A DNA stretch of 64,000 bases from Candidatus Magasanikiibacteriota bacterium (lineage in GTDB: Bacteria > Patescibacteriota > Patescibacteriia > Magasanikbacterales > UBA922): NCBI GenBank assembly GCA_052033375.1, contig JBPOJQ010000003.1:10503-74502 (forward strand), given 5' to 3'. Shown piece after piece: positions 32,367-43,382 of the stretch (its first letter is position 1; each line of letters starts with the position of its first letter). The translations under genes and the position numbers were made by a program. The notes beneath the pieces are model-generated. The model searched no databases and was not told the DNA's origin. It saw nothing but the letters and a program-made list of their open reading frames with translations.

Positions 32367-33155
32367 ATGAAACTTCCACACGCTCTTATCGGGCACACTG
32401 GTTTTGTAGGTAGTAATTTAGCACGCCAACACCGATTTGAATTACAATACAACTCGCGTACTATTGCCGAAAGTTCTGGAAAACAGGTCGATTTGTTAGT
32501 ATGCGCAGGCGCGCCAGGAACGAAATGGCTTGCCAATAGGGACCCTGAGCATGACTGGAAAAACATTCAGGCCCTCATGGAGAGCTTATCACATATACAG
32601 GCGCGCACCTGCGTCCTAATTTCTACTATTGATGTATACGCACCCGCTTATAGAGTCAATGAAAATTCCCCTATTGACCCTTCGATGTTGACAAGTTATG
32701 GAAAACATCGCCGGTTACTTGAAGAATTTGTGATTACACATTTTAATAGCCTCATCATACGATTGCCAGGTATTTTCGGTAATGGTCTTAAAAAAAATGT
32801 TATTTATGATTTTATACATAAAAACACAGACTCTCACGATGCTCGCAGTGTTCTCCAGTTCTACTCACTAGACCATCTCTGGTCTGACATTGAAAAAGCA
32901 ATACATCATGGACTTACACATCTGAATATTGCGACCGAACCAACCACCTTGCGTGAAATGGCAAAAGAAATTTTTAACATTAATTTTGATCACGAACCTA
33001 CTATCACCCCAGCTTACTATGACATGCAGACACTGCACGCACCTCTATGGGGTATGGAGTCACCCTATCTGTATACAAAAAAAGACGTGTTTATAGATCT
33101 TAAAAATTTCATCCACCAAAACTATACAATAGCAGATGCTCCACACCCCCGCTAG
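32367..33155 (+). CDS. NAD(P)-binding SDR-like reductase (RmlD-like)
   Basis: GHTGFVGSNL glycine-rich loop, SYGKHRR, and a length of about 260 aa. The assignment is weak. Confidence 0.45.
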   Translation: MKLPHALIGHTGFVGSNLARQHRFELQYNSRTIAESSGKQVDLLVCAGAPGTKWLANRDPEHDWKNIQALMESLSHIQARTCVLISTIDVYAPAYRVNENSPIDPSMLTSYGKHRRLLEEFVITHFNSLIIRLPGIFGNGLKKNVIYDFIHKNTDSHDARSVLQFYSLDHLWSDIEKAIHHGLTHLNIATEPTTLREMAKEIFNINFDHEPTITPAYYDMQTLHAPLWGMESPYLYTKKDVFIDLKNFIHQNYTIADAPHPR

Positions 33156-34450
33156 ACCGGCTGTCTCGGGGGTTTTTTAAATAGATACATTACCACACAC
33201 GCGCTATATAGATGGACAGCAACAGTCCCCATACCGAATGCGACCACTGCACCTATCACACCATACTGTGGGATAAAGAGGAGTCCACACATCACATTGA
33301 TGATTAATTGCAGAAATCCAGAGAAAGCAATAAGGTCTGTACGATTGTATACAGATATGATAAGGGGCAAAGGAATAGCCAAAAAATTCACCAGTGTAAA
33401 GTAGCTCAAATATGTATAAAGTGGCATAGAAGCTGCATACTTTTCACCAAAAATAAGAGACACAACAAACTGTGATGGATAAATACAGAAAGCCAGGAGT
33501 ACTGCAACAGGTACAATCCATTTAAAAACTTTTTTGGAGTAGGCCGCAAGTTCTTCCCTAGAAGTAATCTTGCTAATCTTCGGAATTAATACTGATGAGA
33601 TTGATTGAATTGCTAAACTATAGATGAAAATAAATTGAAATGCCACTGAATATATTGCAACCTGTCCCAGATCCAAAAAATTACTAATTAGTATTTGATC
33701 AATACGACTAGAAACGATTGCAGAAAATGACCAAATGGTAATCCAGAAACTATATCGCGCCAATTGTGAATGTAACTTTTTCTTCACATCTTCTTCTACT
33801 TTTATAGTATTAAAATTTTTGGGAAGTTTATGATAGAGCATTCCTAATAAAATCCATGGAATCAGCAAATACGCTAAAATCAATACATACAAATTCGTCA
33901 CCTTACATACAAGCAAAATCATAATGATGAGAAATCGAAGAATCCCTTTGAGTCCTTGCAACATCGAAGTCAATGTGAAATGCTGCATCGCTTGCAAATA
34001 TGTGGTGACAAACCCAAGTAAAATCACACCTCCCACACCCAAAAAAGAAAGGCGGAGTAGCCCTGTAATTGCGGGTTGCTTGAATATATATACTGCAATA
34101 TATTTTGCAAAAATGATTCCACCTACCGTAAGTATAGCCGACATGGTCAAACGCCAACGCCATACCGTCTTAACCAGCTGCGTCAGTTTACCGACCTCAT
34201 TACGCTCTCGGTAATAAGGGGCAAACCTAAGGAATCCAGCATTCAGTCCAAAATCGGATAATTCAGCAACAGTGCCCAATACCAAAATTGCCAATGAAAA
34301 TGCGCCAAAATTTTCTTTACTCAGCATGTGAGCTAATACAACATTCAGAGCAAACAATGCACCCCCATTGGCGAGTGCCCCTCCATACACAAACACAGCT
34401 TCATGGAGTGTTTTAGTCGATGCAATATTTTTTATCTTAACGAAGCGCAT
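33152..34450 (-). CDS. Wzx-like oligosaccharide flippase (MOP superfamily polysaccharide biosynthesis protein)
   Basis: 432 aa with about 12 hydrophobic helices, placed inside a glycan cluster. There is no soluble domain. Confidence 0.6.
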   Translation of the reverse strand: MRFVKIKNIASTKTLHEAVFVYGGALANGGALFALNVVLAHMLSKENFGAFSLAILVLGTVAELSDFGLNAGFLRFAPYYRERNEVGKLTQLVKTVWRWRLTMSAILTVGGIIFAKYIAVYIFKQPAITGLLRLSFLGVGGVILLGFVTTYLQAMQHFTLTSMLQGLKGILRFLIIMILLVCKVTNLYVLILAYLLIPWILLGMLYHKLPKNFNTIKVEEDVKKKLHSQLARYSFWITIWSFSAIVSSRIDQILISNFLDLGQVAIYSVAFQFIFIYSLAIQSISSVLIPKISKITSREELAAYSKKVFKWIVPVAVLLAFCIYPSQFVVSLIFGEKYAASMPLYTYLSYFTLVNFLAIPLPLIISVYNRTDLIAFSGFLQLIINVMCGLLFIPQYGVIGAVVAFGMGTVAVHLYSACVVMYLFKKPPRQPV

Positions 34451-35894
34451 AAGAAATTTTACGCCATTGCAGAAGTTGGTACAACGGATAGAGAATAATA
34501 AGTACTACCACGTAATAATAGTACCATAATTGTGTATCATTACCAGGTAACAAGAGCCCTGGAATATAAAACAAAAAAGGGGCCGCGGACAGCCAGCGGA
34601 TACCATTCTGTACTCTAGCATTACATGTGTCTGCAAGAAGAATCGCAGCGAACGGAATCAGCCAAATAACATACCAAGGGAAAAAAGATTTCTGCCACAC
34701 CAATAAATATACACTTAACCCAATATACGTCATTTGAATATATTCCTGTGTGGTTGCTACATATTTTTTCACCGCAATAGCATATGCCTTCGTACACAAT
34801 GGCCAAAGCAGAAATAATACCATAACACCTAATGATCCCTGGACTAATCGTGTGAGCCACCAGTGGGCTGACTGTGATTCACTGAATATAGCCTGCATTA
34901 TTGGTGAAAACGAATAATATATTGAAGCAAAAATGCTTTGGGCTGCCCATTTGCTTTGTAGAATAAGTGGATAAAACACCTGAAAACCTTGCCACAATCC
35001 AGACCAGGATACGACACTTACAAGCATCATCGCTATCATACTGCCCACCCCCTCTCGAAGATGTGTTTTCCATTTCTTCCGTTCTACCGTTTGCCACCAC
35101 CATAATACAAATACTGGCACCAAAAAAATAGGGATAAACTTCAACCATATCCCGACTGTTAGCGCACTTGCCACTACTACCCAACGCCTGTGTATAGCGC
35201 CTGCAAATGCAAGAAGTACCATACAAATCCAAAGCCCATCAAAATGTCCAGCAACCACCCATTCCCAAATTAAAAGTGGTTGTACAATCAACCAGGCAGT
35301 ACTCACATGCTTATGCGCATTTATTTGTCTACTCACATACTGCACCAGATAACTAACCCCAACCAGAGCACCCACCATCACAATCTTCCACAAAAAGCAG
35401 AAAAGAAGAAAATTACCTCGGCTTATCTTATAAAAAAAATCGAACAAGTGAACAGCCAATGGTCCGTACATTACACCATTTGTCTGACTCGACATCGCAT
35501 ACAATGGAGTCGTAACGAGTGTCCAATCTTCGACATATGGATTATTCGTTGCACCACCAATACTATAATAAAAACGCATATCAGCTGAGGTGAACGGAAT
35601 TACACATACTGCAGCTAATAAAATACCAATCAACCATATTTTTTCTTTTTTGCGCAATGATATATCAAAAGATAGAGTGCTCAAAAACCAACTAACATAT
35701 GTCAGCAAACCACACACCATAAGTACCGCCAATACTTGAACTATTTTTTGGTGGCCACCGGGTGCTGTACACCATGGCCAGTTAAAAATAAAACTACACT
35801 CATTAGAATAAACAAAAAATCTATTATATAGAGTTACTAATGCCCCCCCTACCAAAACCACAGAGAGAGCTCGTACATATTTTGTAGCGATCAT
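34437..35894 (-). CDS. Polytopic membrane protein, possibly a GT-C-type glycosyltransferase or glycan polymerase
   Basis: 485 aa with more than 10 transmembrane helices. No recognisable soluble motif. Cluster context only. Confidence 0.35.
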   Translation of the reverse strand: MIATKYVRALSVVLVGGALVTLYNRFFVYSNECSFIFNWPWCTAPGGHQKIVQVLAVLMVCGLLTYVSWFLSTLSFDISLRKKEKIWLIGILLAAVCVIPFTSADMRFYYSIGGATNNPYVEDWTLVTTPLYAMSSQTNGVMYGPLAVHLFDFFYKISRGNFLLFCFLWKIVMVGALVGVSYLVQYVSRQINAHKHVSTAWLIVQPLLIWEWVVAGHFDGLWICMVLLAFAGAIHRRWVVVASALTVGIWLKFIPIFLVPVFVLWWWQTVERKKWKTHLREGVGSMIAMMLVSVVSWSGLWQGFQVFYPLILQSKWAAQSIFASIYYSFSPIMQAIFSESQSAHWWLTRLVQGSLGVMVLFLLWPLCTKAYAIAVKKYVATTQEYIQMTYIGLSVYLLVWQKSFFPWYVIWLIPFAAILLADTCNARVQNGIRWLSAAPFLFYIPGLLLPGNDTQLWYYYYVVVLIILYPLYQLLQWRKISYALR

Positions 35895-36619
35895 ATACGA
35901 GGTTTGCGGACTACTGCAAAAAGAGACAGCCCAAAAGGAAGCCTATGAAATAACCTGAAACACCCCAATTCAATACTGTACAACGTTCGCATAACAAAAT
36001 TTATCACCCTAGAAGCTGGTCGCACATCTGATTCACCATTATTTTTGAAAAAACGTTGTATTACACGCATACCCGCTGCCGGCGCGAGAATAATCAAATG
36101 TATCCAACTTATAAACTCCACAGTACATGATGTAGTCAATACCTTTCTTAACCCCTCCTTGCTGTAGCGACGAACATGATGGAGGGCATGGTCATGGTAG
36201 GAAAATAATGATTGATGCGCTGGCACCGTAACAATAAATATTCCTCCGGGTTTTAACACCCGCGCCACCTCCTGTACAGCTGCCGCATCATCAGTGATAT
36301 GTTCCAATACATCTGACGCAATTACAACATCAAATGAACTATTTTGAAAAGGAAGCTTTTCAGCGAATCCATGATGCACGGTTAGATTCTTTTTTCTACA
36401 ATACTGTAAGGCATTCTCACTCATATCAACTCCTTCTACCGTGTAATTTTTTGATCGGACAAAATCCATGATAGCGCCTGTACCACAACCGATATCTAAA
36501 ACACTCGTACCCGCTACGGCGTATCGATCGAGTGCATTCGAGATATAATCACGTTTTGCAACAAACCACCAGTGACTTTTTTCAACCATGTCCATTTTTG
36601 CGTATTCTTGTAATTCCAT
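35891..36619 (-). CDS. Class I SAM-dependent methyltransferase
   Basis: VLDIGCGTGAIMDFV...GVDMSENALQYCRKK. Confidence 0.7.
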   Translation of the reverse strand: MELQEYAKMDMVEKSHWWFVAKRDYISNALDRYAVAGTSVLDIGCGTGAIMDFVRSKNYTVEGVDMSENALQYCRKKNLTVHHGFAEKLPFQNSSFDVVIASDVLEHITDDAAAVQEVARVLKPGGIFIVTVPAHQSLFSYHDHALHHVRRYSKEGLRKVLTTSCTVEFISWIHLIILAPAAGMRVIQRFFKNNGESDVRPASRVINFVMRTLYSIELGCFRLFHRLPFGLSLFAVVRKPRI

Positions 36620-36624
36620 ACTAT

Positions 36625-37350
36625 TTAATGATACAAACCTTTTAGACGATTTAGAAATATCTGACCAAGTTCTTTAATTGAACTTATAATAGCTTTTCCG
36701 ACATGCACACGTGAATCTTCATCATGGACCCAGGCGACCGGCATTTCACGAATTGATAATTTTTTGAAATGCGCAATATACAAGAGCTCAGTATCAAAAC
36801 CCCAACGATTGATATGCGCTCTCGAAAAAATAGTATTCACCGCCGCTTTCGAAAAACATTTAAAACCACACGTAAAATCAGTAATACCCGGCACAAGTAT
36901 ATTTGAAAGTTTGGTAAAACCGCGACCCAAAAAGGTTCTCAGTCTTGATTCACCTTTTTTAATCTCTGCACCCTGTAACCGACGACTGCCAATCACTACC
37001 ATGTCATCAGGTTGTAAAAACGTCAACAAATGATTGAATTCACTCAGTGGTGTTGCAAGATCTATGTCAAAAAAAATAATCCACTCCCCTGTTGCATGTT
37101 TGACTCCTTCTCGCACAGCATACCCTTTCCCCTGATTCTCATTGTAGCTCACGATGATAAAATTATATTTTGTACGATATTTTTCAAGAATGATTTTGGT
37201 CTGATCACACGATCCATCATCTACAAATATAATTTCGCTATTCACCCCTAGGTGATTAAAAAAAGAAAAAATAGCATCAATTGTTTTTGGTATTCTACTT
37301 TCCTCATTATAGACCGGAATCACTATAGAATAAAGTGCTTGCGTATGCAT
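36625..37350 (-). CDS. Glycosyltransferase family 2 (Dpm1/dolichyl-phosphate glucosyltransferase-like)
   Basis: YSIVIPVYNEESRIPKTIDAI...EIIFVDDGSCDQT...FFDIDLATP. Confidence 0.75.
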   Translation of the reverse strand: MHTQALYSIVIPVYNEESRIPKTIDAIFSFFNHLGVNSEIIFVDDGSCDQTKIILEKYRTKYNFIIVSYNENQGKGYAVREGVKHATGEWIIFFDIDLATPLSEFNHLLTFLQPDDMVVIGSRRLQGAEIKKGESRLRTFLGRGFTKLSNILVPGITDFTCGFKCFSKAAVNTIFSRAHINRWGFDTELLYIAHFKKLSIREMPVAWVHDEDSRVHVGKAIISSIKELGQIFLNRLKGLYH

Positions 37351-37436
37351 AGCGCAATTTTTAGATAGTAGTTTTGATAGAAATTACATTGCTTTTTCAC
37401 ACGCTCTGTTATATTTGAAATTACGAAACTATTCTG

Positions 37437-39551
37437 TTATTTGGCTTGGATTACAGGTTCTGTGGTCAGTAGTTGCTCGAGTATCGGTTTCCAACTTTCA
37501 TTCAATAAATATACGGTCGAACTACCAAACCAACCGAGTACTTTTTCTGATGTTTCTTTTGCTTCTTGCGTTTTATTCTGTGCGGCATATACCAGCGCTA
37601 ATCGCACCCACCCCTCACCAATACTCTCGAAATCACTGATTGATCGCTTGAGCACCTCTTCTGCCTCAGGTAATCTACCTTGTTGAATATAATTTTGCGC
37701 AAGTCCATAGAGAAATTGTTGACGTTTTGGCGATAGTTCAACCGCACGATGAAGCGCACCCTCGCTTTGTATCAAAAAATCTTTATTCTGCGTTGCTTGA
37801 TATAATAATTCGTATAACTGAGATAATACGAAATGTACCCGAACATCCAGAGGATGGAGGAGTTGATTTTTCTTAAGTTCTTCAACTGTTTCGTTGAACA
37901 GTATGACGGCCTGTTCGCCTTTCCCTTGCTGAATGAGCTGAGGAATTACCCCGAGAACTGTACGCGAAATATCATTACGTATATCATCGATATGCGGACT
38001 TGAAAATTCCAATGCATCATCATACAGTTGGGAAGTTGCAACCCCTGCATATACTTTTTGTATTGCCGTAATTGTCGCCTTGTTTGCACGTGCCGGTGTG
38101 ATGTTGGTCACATAGACCAATCCTAATACCATAATACCAATCATTACTACTAGACCAGACGACACATTTCGATTTGAATCTAGAGAAATGTTTTTTGCTG
38201 TTTTTACTACTTCTTCTTTTTCTTTTTTCTTCGAGACTACGCCACGTATTGAGAATGCCACGAATGCTAGAAAGACAAAAAAATACAAATACGATGTCGG
38301 ATTTTCAAATACCGTCACCAGTCCGACAAAATGCGCTACCAAAAATGAAGCCGAGATGTATCCTACCTGACGTCTAATCGTATTTCTTCTCACGCCAATA
38401 AAGATAAGAATACAAGCTGCGATATAGATACTGAGGTACAGTAATATGCCGACAACCCCCTGTACGGTAAGCGTATTAAAGATAACACTATGCGCATTAT
38501 CAAACCAGGTTTCATTCCATCCAAATTTCAAAAACTCAGGATTGTAATGTTCATTAAATGCATAATAAAAATTATTAGGCCCCCACCCGAATAATGGTTT
38601 CTCCTTCCACGCCTCGACTGCGGTCTTCCAAGCCATCGGACGTGTACTTTCAGTCGAATCGAGCGAAAACGAGGTATTGAGAAGCCGACCAAGTCCTGGA
38701 ATTCCTGACACAAACGCAGTTTGTCTAAAAACAAATAACAGCGCAATAATTACTACTCCTACTGCTGCGAGGTAGGTAATCAGCGTGCGAGTTTTACTTT
38801 TTTCCTTCTCCAATACAATATAGCAAAACGCAAGTGTCACAAAACCTGCGAGCATTCCCAGTATCGCACCTCGAGTTCCCCCCAAAAATATACCAAAAAA
38901 ACCCAACAGTCCCACTCCTAATGCACTATATTTCCAATTTTTATTCTGTTCTCTAAAAAATTGCAACCCCCCTAAAAACATTAAAAACAGTCCATATCCA
39001 CTATAATAAATAGAATTTCCTAATGTCGCAGATACACGCCATGAACCACTATTGAGCAATGCCTGCGGGTCTACAAACTTTTGCCACACCCCAATCAACA
39101 TTACAATTGAACCCAGTACAAGCGCTGATCGAAAAATTATATTCCATTCACGATCAGACTCAATTACTGATGCGGCAATCATGTATAACAACACATAGTG
39201 GGTAATCGTAAATAACCCCAACATACGTTCATGATTGTCCCAAAAACTATGATACCAATCGACTCCGGTAAACGTAGAGATAGCAAAACTGAGCCAAAAT
39301 AATAAGATACTAATCGTCAAAAATGAAAAACGTGGTCTATATTTTTTGAAATTTGAAATCAACATTACCCCATAACATCCTGCAATTATGAGCACGAGCG
39401 ATCGAAAAAAGACAATTTTAGGAACAATAAACGGAAAAATGTAATTGTTTAAGATAATCAATGGTGTAATAAATGTAGCCGCAATCAGATACGGAAGTGC
39501 TCGCCTGATGATAGTCGTCATACCTGCTGAATTTTTAAAATTTATGCCCAC
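37437..39551 (-). CDS. O-antigen ligase/Wzy_C-domain membrane protein fused to C-terminal TPR repeats
   Basis: About 12 transmembrane helices with the Wzy_C-like loop GGTRGAILGMLAG. The C-terminal 250 aa form TPR-like helical repeats (LALVYAAQNKTQEAKE, and others). Confidence 0.6.
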   Translation of the reverse strand: MGINFKNSAGMTTIIRRALPYLIAATFITPLIILNNYIFPFIVPKIVFFRSLVLIIAGCYGVMLISNFKKYRPRFSFLTISILLFWLSFAISTFTGVDWYHSFWDNHERMLGLFTITHYVLLYMIAASVIESDREWNIIFRSALVLGSIVMLIGVWQKFVDPQALLNSGSWRVSATLGNSIYYSGYGLFLMFLGGLQFFREQNKNWKYSALGVGLLGFFGIFLGGTRGAILGMLAGFVTLAFCYIVLEKEKSKTRTLITYLAAVGVVIIALLFVFRQTAFVSGIPGLGRLLNTSFSLDSTESTRPMAWKTAVEAWKEKPLFGWGPNNFYYAFNEHYNPEFLKFGWNETWFDNAHSVIFNTLTVQGVVGILLYLSIYIAACILIFIGVRRNTIRRQVGYISASFLVAHFVGLVTVFENPTSYLYFFVFLAFVAFSIRGVVSKKKEKEEVVKTAKNISLDSNRNVSSGLVVMIGIMVLGLVYVTNITPARANKATITAIQKVYAGVATSQLYDDALEFSSPHIDDIRNDISRTVLGVIPQLIQQGKGEQAVILFNETVEELKKNQLLHPLDVRVHFVLSQLYELLYQATQNKDFLIQSEGALHRAVELSPKRQQFLYGLAQNYIQQGRLPEAEEVLKRSISDFESIGEGWVRLALVYAAQNKTQEAKETSEKVLGWFGSSTVYLLNESWKPILEQLLTTEPVIQAK

Positions 39552-39609
39552 TCACTATAGCCCAAATAAGCCCTAATTGCAACCCTCATAAAGAAACTTA
39601 CGCCTTACC

Positions 39610-39650
39610 AAAAACACAACCCCGCCCTTCGAGAAGGGCGGGGTGTGTGT
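39610..39650 (-). terminator. Rho-independent terminator after the large surface-protein gene
   Basis: Perfect GC stem ccccgcccttc/gaagggcgggg. Read on the minus strand it is followed by ttgtgtttttgg. Confidence 0.6.
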
Positions 39651-39692
39651 TCTGTATTACTACAGAACAGATGGGAATACTCTCAAACTATG

Positions 39693-42600
39693 TTAGTTCA
39701 AAGTACCACCTACGACATCTGGATATCCAGACCATCGAGGTTCCATCTTCTTCAAGTCGGTGTATGACACGTCATTGGTATTGTCATTGTTAATGTCATA
39801 ACCCCATACAATTCCTGACGAGTCAACATCCTGGAGACTTCCCTGAGCGAACTTATCAGTAACGCCTGAGAAGGTTCCACGAACTTCGAACTGTACAGTC
39901 TCACCACTGTTGACACGTCGGTCGTCAACGTTTGTAAACTGAGTAAGGTCTACAGTTGTAGCATTACCAGCTTGTGAAACATGGTGGAGATTTCCTGGAG
40001 AAGTCCATGGAGTTGTTGTTGCCAAGTCAATACAGTTTCCTGTACTTACACGGCAAAGCTTCGTACCAGTAACACTTGAAGCGTCTGTTGCAAGCTGTAG
40101 TTTCAAGCTTGTTAAGAGAACATCGAGAGTGTCACCGTCTTCATCAGTGTTTGATCCTGCGTTTGCGGTAACTGAGAAGGTGAAGAAGGTCTGTTCACCA
40201 CCAGCAAGATTTCCATCTACAAAGCTGGTAGCAACGTTAGTTACCTGCGCACCTACTACAGTCATTTTCTTTCCAAGAGTCTCAGTAACAGTGATATCAC
40301 TTGCTGAGAGGTCACTCTTTGAAGAGACACCTTCTGCAGTAGTGTTATCATCTTCAAGTCTGAGTTTCAAATCAACACTTGAAGTTGCAGTACCATTGTC
40401 ACCGTTTCCAATGCCATTAACATTGATTCCGATATAGAGATACTTGGTAGTATCACGAGGTACTACATAGTTAACATCTTCGAGGGTGGTAGTAACACCA
40501 TTTCCAGTCTGACCACCTGAGAAATCATCAGTTCCAAGAGGTTTGGTCATTGCTGCATCCTCGTAGAGAGTAATCGATGCAAAGGTAGAATCGAGCACTG
40601 AAACAGTGTCTCCACCACCATTGTCGGTTGAAGTTGCAAAGATTACGAGATCCTTGAGTTTGATATCTTCGTTAGTTGCACGGAGCTGAATACGACCTGC
40701 AAGGTGCTTTGAAGTACCTGCGAGTACATAGTGGTCATTTCGAAGACCAGTGTAGTTGGTGTCGATTACAGCTTCGAGTGTACCAGAACCAGAAACGGTT
40801 ACGATACGACTACTTACAACTGCAGCTCCTGAGATTGCAGCGCCACTAGCGTTTTCTGCATCTACAGTATCGCCATCTTCGTCTTCTGCATCAACATCAG
40901 AAACCTGGGTCTCGATACTTCCAGTAGCGGATCCATCAGTGATGTTTGCATACACTTCGAAGTTGACTTTGTTTGCTGAGCCAGCCTTTACTACATAGCT
41001 AAATCCATTGAAGAGAGCGATTTCATCGTCTACATCACTTGTATTGTCTACAAGGTCAGTAGCGGTGTCTACAGCTTCTCCTACTGGAGCGATGTAGAGT
41101 TTCATCTCGTCAACGAGTGACTGCCAGAGATCACTGTCGTTTGATCCTTCAGTGATTTCAAGTGAGGTCACAGTAACGTCTGAAGTAGAACCAGCTTCAA
41201 GTGTACCACGGAATACGAGTACACTGTCAGTTCCAGCTACTACAGTCTCATCACTCAATGCTGAACTTCGTACAGTCAAAGATGAAGGACTTACAGTCAT
41301 TGTAGGACCAGTAAGGTTCGAACTTGAGAAGTCAGAAGTAGAGATTGCATTGTCAGATGATACACCTTCTGCATCAACATCAGATGCTGCCCAAGTGAAG
41401 TAATATGCATCACTTTCAACAGCATTACTTGCGATGTCACCTACGATTTCAAATTCATAGGTTACACCTTTGGTAAGACTCATGTTTTCTGCAGTGGTAG
41501 TAGCGTTTGCAGTTCCTGTAGTACAGGTTGCATCATAGTCAAGAGAGTAACTTCCCTTGCCATTCTTTTCACGCAAGCGAAGATCTTCGAGACATACAGC
41601 TGAATTTGGACGCATTACTACGAATTTCATTTCACTTGCATCAATATCTTCAGCAGTTGAAAGAATAGTAAAGGTACCAAATACTACATCATTCTGGTCT
41701 ACACGTACATCTTCGTTGGTTCCTTCAAGATCAACATTGATCTTTCCACCCTGAAGAGTTACAACGAGTGCGTCGTCAGCACCAGTACTTTGCAAGTTGT
41801 TGGTCACACCTGCGAGACTTCCAGGGAAGTCTACACTGTATGCCATTACATCAGCTTTTTCGTCGAGTACGAGTTCTACAGTATCACTGGTGTCAGCGAT
41901 TCCAAGATCAGCGTACACTTTGAGACGTTCAGTGTCTCCTGCTTCAACAGTAACTTTCTGGGTGAAATCAAATTTAACCCAGTCTCCGGTTACTACACCT
42001 GAAGCGATCAAAGCTCCACCTTGCATCAATTTCACGTTGGTCAAAACTGTTGCAGGAGCGGTTCCTTTTTGCTTCAAGGTAATACCAGTTACTTCTACAT
42101 CGTCAGTAGCTGCAGCAGTAATATCAAATTCACTTACTACTACATTGTTCTGACCGATCTTTGCACTTGCATCAGATCCACGACCAGTAACGGTGACGGT
42201 TCCAATATCTTGTGCTCCAAGTGTTACTGCATTACCACGAACTGGGAATGAACCACCTACTGAACCAGTAGCATCTACATCAGACGCTGTTCTGATTTCA
42301 AAGTAGTTCTGATCACCAGCAGTTGCAGTAGCATCAACATTCATGTCAGCTTTTACCCAGAATGTTTCAGTAGAGTTTGCTGAGATAGCTTTGTTGACAT
42401 TGAAAGTAACTTCATCATCGGTGTTCAATGAACGACCATTGTCGAGTCGAACTCCATTGTGATAGAGGTATACTTTTGCAAAGTCATTTCGACTTCCGAT
42501 TCCAGCTCGTTTCAAAGTAACCTGTTCAAGGGTACCAGCTGAAGATCCAGCTCGAACTGAGAATGCGAGATATTCAACTCCCTGTGCACCCATAGGTACA

Positions 42601-43382
42601 ACTCGTGAAGCTGAAGTATTTGAAGCGAGACTTACGGTAAGTGCTCCAGTGGTAGGGGTAGGTGCACTTCCATCAACCTGTGTTGGGTTTTCAAACGCAG
42701 TGTTTACAGTTACTGATCCACTTGCAACTGAAAGAGTAGCAAATGTTTCAGCTGATACAGTGCGAACGTCTGGTACACTTGATCCATCTACTTTGTGGAG
42801 CATACCATCTTTTACCCAATATACTGTTGATTCACCTGACTTCTTAACAAATTGTCCATCATGTGGTTTTGACTGACTCCAAGTAGTTCGGGTGTCAGTG
42901 TAGTTTGACCAGTGGAATGGACTAACGTCACGAAGAACAGATGCCCAGTTTGTTCCATAGAGAGCAGCTGCTGATTCTCCAGTGAGCTGTACGAGTTTGT
43001 TACCAGGGGTAACAGCGAATACAGCTGGAGCGTCTGAAAGTTTTACCAAGCGTGAACCAGGTCGGTAATCAATACCTGCTGGAGTAGCTACTGGGTAAGC
43101 AAAAAGACATTCACCAGATACAGTTACTACATCGTTGAAACTAAGATTCCAACTATTGAATACATCCACATGTGGGAAGTATGCGCGTTCCATGCCAGCG
43201 GTAAGATAATATACTGCTGAAGCACCTGACGCTTTAAACAAATCTCCTGCTTCGAGCTCTGGACAGGTTGCAGCCTGAGCAACTGAAGGAACGAGAGCCG
43301 CAAGGCCCATGCTCCAAGCGATGGTTACTCCGACTACAGAGGCTGTGAAAAGCTTCTTGCCGAATTTCATTACATCATTCAT
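39693..43382 (-). CDS. Large secreted Ser/Thr/Val/Gly/Asp-rich surface protein (S-layer-like, 1229 aa)
   Basis: Signal peptide ...LAALVPSVAQA-AT. The remainder is long, low-complexity and beta-rich with no catalytic motif. Such proteins are typical surface-array or adhesin proteins of small-genome bacteria. The reverse-strand ORFs that overlap it are ignored. Confidence 0.6.
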   Translation of the reverse strand: MNDVMKFGKKLFTASVVGVTIAWSMGLAALVPSVAQAATCPELEAGDLFKASGASAVYYLTAGMERAYFPHVDVFNSWNLSFNDVVTVSGECLFAYPVATPAGIDYRPGSRLVKLSDAPAVFAVTPGNKLVQLTGESAAALYGTNWASVLRDVSPFHWSNYTDTRTTWSQSKPHDGQFVKKSGESTVYWVKDGMLHKVDGSSVPDVRTVSAETFATLSVASGSVTVNTAFENPTQVDGSAPTPTTGALTVSLASNTSASRVVPMGAQGVEYLAFSVRAGSSAGTLEQVTLKRAGIGSRNDFAKVYLYHNGVRLDNGRSLNTDDEVTFNVNKAISANSTETFWVKADMNVDATATAGDQNYFEIRTASDVDATGSVGGSFPVRGNAVTLGAQDIGTVTVTGRGSDASAKIGQNNVVVSEFDITAAATDDVEVTGITLKQKGTAPATVLTNVKLMQGGALIASGVVTGDWVKFDFTQKVTVEAGDTERLKVYADLGIADTSDTVELVLDEKADVMAYSVDFPGSLAGVTNNLQSTGADDALVVTLQGGKINVDLEGTNEDVRVDQNDVVFGTFTILSTAEDIDASEMKFVVMRPNSAVCLEDLRLREKNGKGSYSLDYDATCTTGTANATTTAENMSLTKGVTYEFEIVGDIASNAVESDAYYFTWAASDVDAEGVSSDNAISTSDFSSSNLTGPTMTVSPSSLTVRSSALSDETVVAGTDSVLVFRGTLEAGSTSDVTVTSLEITEGSNDSDLWQSLVDEMKLYIAPVGEAVDTATDLVDNTSDVDDEIALFNGFSYVVKAGSANKVNFEVYANITDGSATGSIETQVSDVDAEDEDGDTVDAENASGAAISGAAVVSSRIVTVSGSGTLEAVIDTNYTGLRNDHYVLAGTSKHLAGRIQLRATNEDIKLKDLVIFATSTDNGGGDTVSVLDSTFASITLYEDAAMTKPLGTDDFSGGQTGNGVTTTLEDVNYVVPRDTTKYLYIGINVNGIGNGDNGTATSSVDLKLRLEDDNTTAEGVSSKSDLSASDITVTETLGKKMTVVGAQVTNVATSFVDGNLAGGEQTFFTFSVTANAGSNTDEDGDTLDVLLTSLKLQLATDASSVTGTKLCRVSTGNCIDLATTTPWTSPGNLHHVSQAGNATTVDLTQFTNVDDRRVNSGETVQFEVRGTFSGVTDKFAQGSLQDVDSSGIVWGYDINNDNTNDVSYTDLKKMEPRWSGYPDVVGGTLN